Of a stretch of DNA of 6,541 nt, positions 1 through 4,114 are shown in pieces. The translations under genes and the position numbers were made by a program. How positions within the stretch are numbered: position 1 is the stretch's first letter; every line of letters begins with the position of its first letter. The notes under the pieces were generated by a model. It ran no database searches. It was not told where the DNA came from and saw only the letters and a list, made by a program, of their open reading frames with translations. Origin of the DNA: a virus; IMG/VR virus record IMGVR_UViG_3300022758_000012, positions 1 to 6,541 of that record. One strand, 5' to 3'.

Positions 1-94
1 TACGGAAACGACTGATAAAGTGTACGGACAAATCTACTTTGATTGTACAGTTAAGTTGCCTATTTCTCGTGTTGCTATACCTCGTCTAGACTAG
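1..94 (+). CDS. VP1: Major capsid protein, 3' terminal fragment (duplicate of 6415..6508 caused by circular permutation; 5'-partial, position 1 is the third base of a codon)
   Basis: Reading from position 2 gives TETTDKVYGQIYFDCTVKLPISRVAIPRLD then stop (tag 92..94). This is identical to the C-terminus of the 4115..6508 ORF. Confidence 0.9.
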   Translation, partial: TETTDKVYGQIYFDCTVKLPISRVAIPRLD

Positions 95-347
95 TCACGT
101 GTGCGCGTTTCGCGCGCGCGTGTTAAATAATCGAGCTTTGCTCGCCTGATACTCTTCCGTGATGGACCTGACGACAGGTCCTCGCGGTTGAGCGGCGAGA
201 CGCTCACCTGCGGAGCACTAGTTGCACGAAGTTGCAACCCAAAGCAATGCGTAGCGCGTTAGCGATTGGAGAGATTATCGTGTACTCCGGAAAGCGTGAC
301 GGCTTTAGCTGTAACGCCCTATTAATAATAATTAAAAATTTACTGCT
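95..347 (+). promoter_or_regulatory. Long GC-rich, hairpin-dense non-coding region between VP1 and the 105-aa ORF; candidate complementary-strand origin or regulatory region
   Basis: No ORF of 60 aa or more on either strand. My hand count for 101..300 is 113/200 G+C (56.5%), against 38/100 for 2201..2300 inside the rep gene. Hairpins read from the sequence: 96..122 (12 bp); cgagc/gctcg 132..136/140..144; ggacctg/caggtcc 164..170/175..181; tgagcg/cgctca 189..194/201..206; gttgc/gcaac 221..225/234..238; aaagc/gcttt 291..295/302..306. It ends in an A/T-rich tract (318..347) directly upstream of the ATG at 348. Confidence 0.6.
96..122 (+). terminator. GC-rich hairpin immediately after the capsid gene stop; possible leaky terminator or ssDNA structural element (second copy at 6510..6536)
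   Basis: cacgtgtgcgcg (96..107), loop ttt (108..110), cgcgcgcgcgtg (111..122). The stem is 12 bp, 10 Watson-Crick pairs plus 2 G-T/G-U wobbles. Each arm is a perfect alternating pyrimidine-purine tract. It begins 2 nt after the VP1 stop codon. The downstream sequence ttaaataat is only weakly T-rich, so calling it an intrinsic terminator is uncertain. Confidence 0.4.
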
Positions 348-665
348 ATGGCAAAAAGAATTTTAAAAGCGCAAATCAAGCCTGTTTCTTGCAGGCTTTC
401 GGAATCTGACAATTTGGTTACAAAACCGAACCTTGCAATGACCCCAAGTCAGGTTAAGGAATTGACAGACAGAGGCATAGCCGTTTCTCTGCCTAATGAA
501 AAACAGTTCCTTGATGGTACGACTTATTCAGGTTCTTTCGATTGGTCTGTAGACCCTGTTTTTAAACGCAGTGTTGATATGTGTCAACTTTGGGAGCTTG
601 AAAAATCAACTCAAGGCAAGCTAATTCGTGCGCATAAGCTTGACAAGCAAAAATTTGGTAATTAA
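348..665 (+). CDS. Hypothetical 105-aa protein, mildly basic; possibly a VP3-like internal scaffolding or packaging accessory protein
   Basis: ATG-initiated ORF on the coding strand. Its stop overlaps the VP2 start (taATG, 663..667), which suggests translational coupling. By my count it has 17 K/R and 12 D/E. The segment TKPNLAMTPSQVKELTDRGIAV...GSFDWSVDP loosely resembles what I recall of gokushovirus VP3 scaffolding proteins. That is a memory-based resemblance, not an alignment. Confidence 0.65.
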   Translation: MAKRILKAQIKPVSCRLSESDNLVTKPNLAMTPSQVKELTDRGIAVSLPNEKQFLDGTTYSGSFDWSVDPVFKRSVDMCQLWELEKSTQGKLIRAHKLDKQKFGN

Positions 666-1771
666 TGTTACCGTTTATTGGTGCGGCTATTGGTGCGTTA
701 GCAAGCAATGTGAATACTAACAGCGCAATAGCCGCCAACAAACAGGAACAACAGGCAAATCGAGAGTATAATTTAAATTTGGCAAAATTGCAAAACCAGT
801 GGACTATAGACCAATGGTATCGCGAAGCTGAATATAACTCTCCGGTTGCATATCGCGCACGATTGCAAGCTGCCGGAATGAATCCCGATTTAGCCTATGG
901 AAACGTGAACGGTACTGCACCTACTTCCGGTGCAATGACCTCCGGAGCTCCTTCACAGCCTGTCGATTACTCAATGCTAACCGGAAAAAGAACCATTGGT
1001 GACGCAATGGCAGCCGGATTGCAGATGAAACAGGCGGAAGCAAATATCAATTCTATCAATGCAGGTGCATCCAAAACCAAACAGGAAACAAAGAACCTCG
1101 TTGTTGAGGGTAAAATATTGTCTGCGGATGCGCTTACACGTGCAGCCCAAAATGAGCAAAGTTTGCAAATCGGTCGCTCGCAAGTCTATTTGAATCATGC
1201 AATTGCAGATAAAACGCATGAAGAAAAAGAGCTGATTGGCAAGCAAATAAATTTGGCAACTGCCGCTTACGATGAGTTGCAAGAAAAGATAGAGAATTTG
1301 CGTGTTACTCGTGGCTCTATGTTGATTCAGCAATTTCAGGCTAGATTTGATATGTATATGCGTTCACAGGAATTTAATGTAATGTGTCGTAATTTGGCGC
1401 AATGTATTAAGGAATCTGATTCACGCATACAACTCAATCTTCAACAAACGAAGGATTTGATGTCAACGATGATACCTCGTATCTTGAATCTTAATGCTAG
1501 TACCTATGCCACTAAACAGCAAGGTAAACTAACTGCGGAACAAATCACTACTGAATTGTACAAGCAAACAGGTATCGACATTTCGAATCAGCAAATGAAA
1601 TTAAATCTGGATTCAGATAAGACGTATAAAGATGTCGAAAGATCTGTTGGTATTGCAACAGAAATTTTGAACTCTCTTTCTTACTCCGTATCTAGTATCT
1701 TAGGTGGCGCAAGCCAAGCGAAAGGCGCAGGTTTCTTCGGAAAGTCTATGTCTCCGATTGGTTTTCGCTAA
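665..1771 (+). CDS. VP2: Minor capsid / DNA pilot protein (VP2, functional analogue of phiX174 H)
   Basis: 368 aa. Hydrophobic Gly/Ala-rich N-terminus (MLPFIGAAIGALAS). Conserved microvirus VP2 signature around residues 33..79 (NREYN...QNQW...W..EAEYNSPVAYRARLQAAGMNPDLAYG; nt 761..901). Long Q/N/K/E-rich, probably coiled-coil central part, as expected for a DNA-delivery tube protein. Sits beside the capsid gene and is followed by a strong terminator hairpin. Confidence 0.85.
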   Translation: MLPFIGAAIGALASNVNTNSAIAANKQEQQANREYNLNLAKLQNQWTIDQWYREAEYNSPVAYRARLQAAGMNPDLAYGNVNGTAPTSGAMTSGAPSQPVDYSMLTGKRTIGDAMAAGLQMKQAEANINSINAGASKTKQETKNLVVEGKILSADALTRAAQNEQSLQIGRSQVYLNHAIADKTHEEKELIGKQINLATAAYDELQEKIENLRVTRGSMLIQQFQARFDMYMRSQEFNVMCRNLAQCIKESDSRIQLNLQQTKDLMSTMIPRILNLNASTYATKQQGKLTAEQITTELYKQTGIDISNQQMKLNLDSDKTYKDVERSVGIATEILNSLSYSVSSILGGASQAKGAGFFGKSMSPIGFR

Positions 1772-1776
1772 AAGTC

Positions 1777-1802
1777 GAGGCAGGTTGTTACCTGCCTCTT
1801 TT
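1777..1802 (+). terminator. Rho-independent terminator downstream of VP2
   Basis: gaggcaggt (1777..1785), loop tgtt (1786..1789), acctgcctc (1790..1798): a perfect 9-bp GC-rich stem followed by tttt (1799..1802). It starts 6 nt after the VP2 stop codon (taa 1769..1771). Confidence 0.8.
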
Positions 1803-1929
1803 ACGATTTATTCTAAAATCGTTACTGGTAACTTGATTATATATAAGCAACTGACACACGTCTGAATATCAGCGATTTGTATCGCAGTTGCGAATTGCCC
1901 TAAGTATTCATCCTTTGAATTTTAAAATT
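1803..1929 (+). promoter_or_regulatory. Intergenic control region upstream of the replication gene (second hairpin, inverted repeat, A/T-rich tract; promoter presumed but not pinpointed)
   Basis: Hairpin acgattt/aaatcgt (1803..1809/1816..1822, 6-nt loop). Inverted repeat gttac-tg-gtaac (1821..1832). tatatataa tract around 1840. Small hairpin gcgat-ttgt-atcgc (1872..1885). After 95..347 this is the only other sizeable non-coding gap, and it lies between a terminator and the rep start. I could not identify a clean sigma70 or Bacteroides-type (TAnnTTTG) promoter. Confidence 0.45.
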
Positions 1930-3306
1930 ATGCAGATATTTTGTGAGCACCCTGTAATCATTCGGAATCCTAAACTAGGATTGCTACTTTGTACACACCG
2001 TTCGTACACTCATAATGGACAAATAACCACTATTCCGGCTTCCACTGCTCGTTATTGGTCTTATCGTTTTCCTATACATCAATTCAGCCCTAGAAAGTTT
2101 AAAGTCACTCTTGATAACATTGACGACTTCACTATACTTAACCTCAAAACTGGTGAACAATTCCCGATGTTTATTCAGGTTCCTTGTGGTAAATGTGAAT
2201 TATGCCGTAAAAAGAAGTCTACGGAATGGTCTTTCCGTGCTACTTGTGAGAATGTGTACTCTACTTCACAGCCGTTATTTATAACGCTTACTTACAATAA
2301 TAAGAATCTTCCCAAACATGGTGTATTTAAAGAAGAAATACAACTGTTCTTGAAGCGTCTCCGCATTCGTTTGGACCGCAAAGGATTTAAACACGAATTA
2401 CGTTATTTTGCTGTGTCTGAATATGGTTCTAAGTCTCGTCGTCCTCACTACCATTTGATAGTATGGAATTTTCCTCGTACCGGAGAACTCTCCAATTTAT
2501 GGAATGTAACTCACCTCGTCGAAAGTGCTTGGTCTCACATTGTTGGTTATAATAATCAGAAACCTGTCTACGAACAACTTGGATTTGTATGTACTCTTCC
2601 TTGTGAAAAAGGTGCTATTGGATATGTTATGAAATACATGCGTAAAAAACCTAACGTTCCAAAAGATATGAATGGTGTATTTTTCTTGTCCTCTCGTAAA
2701 GGTGGTGGAATTGGTTCTAAGTATGCTAAATCATTGATAGATTTCTATCGTAAAAATCCTCAATGTCTTGATATAACTGTATGTGATCCTTATACAGGAC
2801 AGTCTACAACCGTTGCTTTACCTGCTTACTTTAAGCGTCTTTATTTCCCTGCTGATTCCTCTGTTGTATCTAAAGAAGTTCGTGATGCATTTAAAAAGCT
2901 TCAGGATTGTTTTGTACGTCGTACTGCTATTCATGTTGCTAATAACTATGAAGGTAAACCTAAACTGACAGATGTTGAAAAAAAGGTATTGAAAAAGTTC
3001 AATTTCTTACACCCTCGTTTATGTTCTGGAATTCATGGTAAAATGTTGGACTATTATACTAATATTCCTTGGCAGGCTCTTGATGATGCCTATGTTGCTA
3101 ATGAATGTGAGATTGCATCCTTATGTCGTATGTTGATGCTTGAAAGTGTTGATATTACATGGTTTAAGATGAAAGAGGAGATTATGCAAAAACGTGTTCG
3201 CGCTCTGGATAAAAGATACGGCTCTTTGCCTCCTATGAATATTGAGGATATAAAATATAATATAATAAATGAAAATAAGCTTGCAGAATTGAGAGAGATT
3301 TTATAA
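1930..3306 (+). CDS. VP4: Rolling-circle replication initiation protein (VP4, HUH superfamily, phiX174 A-like)
   Basis: 458 aa from the first ATG (1930). The longer track ORF starts at a TTG (1888). N-terminus MQIFCEHPVIIRNP is typical of microvirus VP4. Cys cluster PCGKCELC (Cys codon at 2185). RCR motif I FITLTY (2278..2295). HUH motif RRPHYHLIVW (HYH at 2446..2454). Catalytic two-tyrosine motif GYVMKYMRK (YVMKY at 2623..2637). Confidence 0.95.
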   Translation: MQIFCEHPVIIRNPKLGLLLCTHRSYTHNGQITTIPASTARYWSYRFPIHQFSPRKFKVTLDNIDDFTILNLKTGEQFPMFIQVPCGKCELCRKKKSTEWSFRATCENVYSTSQPLFITLTYNNKNLPKHGVFKEEIQLFLKRLRIRLDRKGFKHELRYFAVSEYGSKSRRPHYHLIVWNFPRTGELSNLWNVTHLVESAWSHIVGYNNQKPVYEQLGFVCTLPCEKGAIGYVMKYMRKKPNVPKDMNGVFFLSSRKGGGIGSKYAKSLIDFYRKNPQCLDITVCDPYTGQSTTVALPAYFKRLYFPADSSVVSKEVRDAFKKLQDCFVRRTAIHVANNYEGKPKLTDVEKKVLKKFNFLHPRLCSGIHGKMLDYYTNIPWQALDDAYVANECEIASLCRMLMLESVDITWFKMKEEIMQKRVRALDKRYGSLPPMNIEDIKYNIINENKLAELREIL

Positions 3307-3334
3307 TTTTACGGAGTAATTTAAAAGATACGAT

Positions 3335-3517
3335 ATGGATAAGAAAGAAAGATTTGTAATTTTTTATTACTTGCATGCTGATTATTCACATGTTTATGTA
3401 AATGCAGTTGACCTGTCTGACGCTTTCGCCTGTGCGAACTCTTTTGCCGCTAAGTCCGGTGCTACTATTGTTGGTGTATGTCTTGAGTATTTATTAAATG
3501 CTTGGAAACATGAGTAA
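3335..3517 (+). CDS. Hypothetical small protein (60 aa, acidic)
   Basis: ATG ORF on the coding strand, 28 nt after the rep stop. Its 3' end overlaps the next ORF (ATGAGTAA arrangement at 3510..3517). I recognise no motif. Confidence 0.5.
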   Translation: MDKKERFVIFYYLHADYSHVYVNAVDLSDAFACANSFAAKSGATIVGVCLEYLLNAWKHE

Positions 3518-3695
3518 TCCTGTCGAATATTCTTGGATTGTCAGAGTACAGCGTTGTATTGATGGTGTATTTAATGAGGAGTATTCTCTTCGTGTCGGCT
3601 ATACCTTACAGGCTATCCGCAAGTATGTTAAACATTTGCGTTCTCTCAAAGGTGTTACTAGTGTATGTGTTTTTAAAAAGTTTGATAACCTCTAA
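3498..3695 (+). CDS. Hypothetical small basic protein (65 aa; 61 aa if started at the ATG at 3510)
   Basis: Two in-frame ATGs (3498, 3510). The second forms an 8-nt overlap with the upstream stop, typical of coupling. About 10 K/R against 5 D/E. It could be a DNA-binding or packaging protein, but no motif is recognised. Confidence 0.5.
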   Translation: MLGNMSNPVEYSWIVRVQRCIDGVFNEEYSLRVGYTLQAIRKYVKHLRSLKGVTSVCVFKKFDNL

Positions 3696-3697
3696 AT

Positions 3698-3711
3698 GTT
3701 TTACGTAAAAC
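3698..3711. repeat. Perfect 14-nt palindrome gttttacgtaaaac in the spacer between two small ORFs
   Basis: gttttacgtaaaac equals its own reverse complement. It lies 3 nt after the stop at 3695 and ends 2 nt before the ATG at 3713. It contains one of three intergenic TTTTACG copies. Confidence 0.6.
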
Positions 3712-3712
3712 A

Positions 3713-3943
3713 ATGGATGAAAAAAGATTTATTAAAGTAACTTGCAAAGTGCTTACAAAAGCTACATTGCAACCTGTTTGTGAATTGAGCTTCGGTTCTG
3801 TTCAACGTCCTTCGCAATTTGAAAAGTTGCGCGCCTCTCTTGTAGAAAACAATCCTAAATTTGTTTTTCTAGCTAAGTATGAAGAAGAATTTCCTAACTT
3901 ATTTCCTGCTGAAAATGAAAGTGACTCCAAACCAGTGGATTGA
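3713..3943 (+). CDS. Hypothetical small protein (76 aa, acidic C-terminal tail)
   Basis: ATG ORF on the coding strand that fills the gap between neighbours. Its 3' end overlaps the next ORF in a different frame. No motif recognised. Confidence 0.5.
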   Translation: MDEKRFIKVTCKVLTKATLQPVCELSFGSVQRPSQFEKLRASLVENNPKFVFLAKYEEEFPNLFPAENESDSKPVD

Positions 3944-4112
3944 GATTGTTAAATTGATTTCTACATTTGTAATCGGTATTATCACAACTTTGTTTGTACA
4001 AAGTTGTACCCTTTCGCTTAGCGTTGCTAAGAATAATAATAATGCTACACAGAAAACTGAACAAACTTCTACTTCTAGTGTGGATAGTACTCACGTTAAT
4101 TTATATCGTTAA
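3879..4112 (+). CDS. Small membrane or lipoprotein-like protein (77 aa; 65 aa if started at the ATG at 3915); candidate lysis or exclusion factor
   Basis: One strongly hydrophobic segment, LISTFVIGIITTLFV (nt 3954..3998), followed by QSC (Cys codon 4005..4007) and a polar Asn/Ser/Thr-rich 34-aa tail. This has the n-region / h-region / Cys layout of a signal-anchor or lipoprotein signal peptide, but the lipobox V-Q-S-C is imperfect. It overlaps the 3713..3943 ORF by 65 nt (29 nt from the ATG at 3915) and ends 2 nt before the capsid ATG. Confidence 0.55.
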   Translation: MKKNFLTYFLLKMKVTPNQWIEIVKLISTFVIGIITTLFVQSCTLSLSVAKNNNNATQKTEQTSTSSVDSTHVNLYR

Positions 4113-4114
4113 TT

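Larger units (their letters stand above)
1..127. repeat. Terminal direct repeat, copy 1 (identical to 6415..6541); wrap-around of a circular genome
   Basis: Compared base by base, 1..127 is identical to 6415..6541, and both copies run exactly to the window ends. This implies a circular unit of 6414 nt, with x and x+6414 equivalent. 127 nt is also the maximum k-mer of common de Bruijn assemblers, so this is probably an assembly overlap and not a biological repeat. Confidence 0.95.

Noticed and set aside
1-127. Terminal repeat as a biological feature, such as an LTR or a terminal redundancy used for packaging.
   Set aside because: Microviridae package circular ssDNA. The repeat cuts through the capsid gene, runs exactly to both window ends, and is exactly 127 nt, a standard assembler k-mer length. 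An assembly wrap-around is the simplest explanation.
100-128. Resemblance of the post-capsid hairpin to a full dif site. GTGCGC (101..106) resembles the XerC arm and TGTTAAAT (121..128) resembles the outer XerD arm.
   Set aside because: The most conserved inner dif core (CATAA-N6-TTATG) is absent, replaced by GC-rich gtttcgcgcgcgcg. The spacing between the two matching blocks is also 1 nt longer than in dif. I treat it as a hairpin and not a credible Xer site. Prophage junction data could revive it.
168-174. CTGACGA, which resembles the hammerhead ribozyme CUGANGA core, within the GC-rich non-coding island.
   Set aside because: These bases form the stem and loop of the simple 164..181 hairpin. 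I could not assemble the other hammerhead elements (a GAAA box and a three-way junction with a cleavage-site helix) around it.
95-347. Possibility that the GC-rich island contains a tRNA, tRNA fragment (attP) or CRISPR-like repeats.
   Set aside because: No cloverleaf could be drawn, no T-loop GTTCRANYC-type motif is present, and there are no regularly spaced direct repeats. The hairpins all differ in sequence.
247-366. 39-aa ATG ORF (MRSALAIGEIIVYSGKRDGFSCNALLIIIKNLLLWQKEF) spanning the end of the non-coding island and overlapping the start of the 348 ORF.
   Set aside because: It is short, has no supporting signal, and its 3' half is just the A/T-rich leader read in another frame. There is no basis to call it coding without comparative data.
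977-1333. 118-aa ORF on the minus strand, antisense to VP2. The other minus-strand ORFs, 3894..4094, 5234..5494 and 6227..6445, were treated the same way.
   Set aside because: Microviridae transcribe a single strand. These ORFs lie entirely antisense to well-supported genes. They have odd, low-complexity Cys/Phe/Ile-rich compositions and no recognisable motifs. Most likely they are shadows of the sense-strand codon bias.
1888-1929. N-terminal extension of the rep ORF from a TTG codon (MRIALSIHPLNFKI...).
   Set aside because: The first ATG (1930) gives MQIFCEHPVIIRNP, which matches the usual microvirus VP4 N-terminus. The extension would consume most of the only plausible promoter or leader region.
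2783-2968. Very hydrophobic 61-aa ORF (two potential TM segments) overprinted in the +1 frame of the rep gene. The +1-frame ORFs 4212..4394 and 5241..5525 inside the capsid gene are similar. All are reminiscent of the embedded lysis gene E of phiX174.
   Set aside because: All three start at GTG or TTG, not ATG. All lie in the +1 frame, where the host gene's T-rich third codon positions become second positions. That automatically yields Phe/Leu/Ile/Val-rich peptides, so the hydrophobicity is an expected artefact. They cannot be formally excluded as E-like genes. Conservation of the open frame in relatives would be the test.
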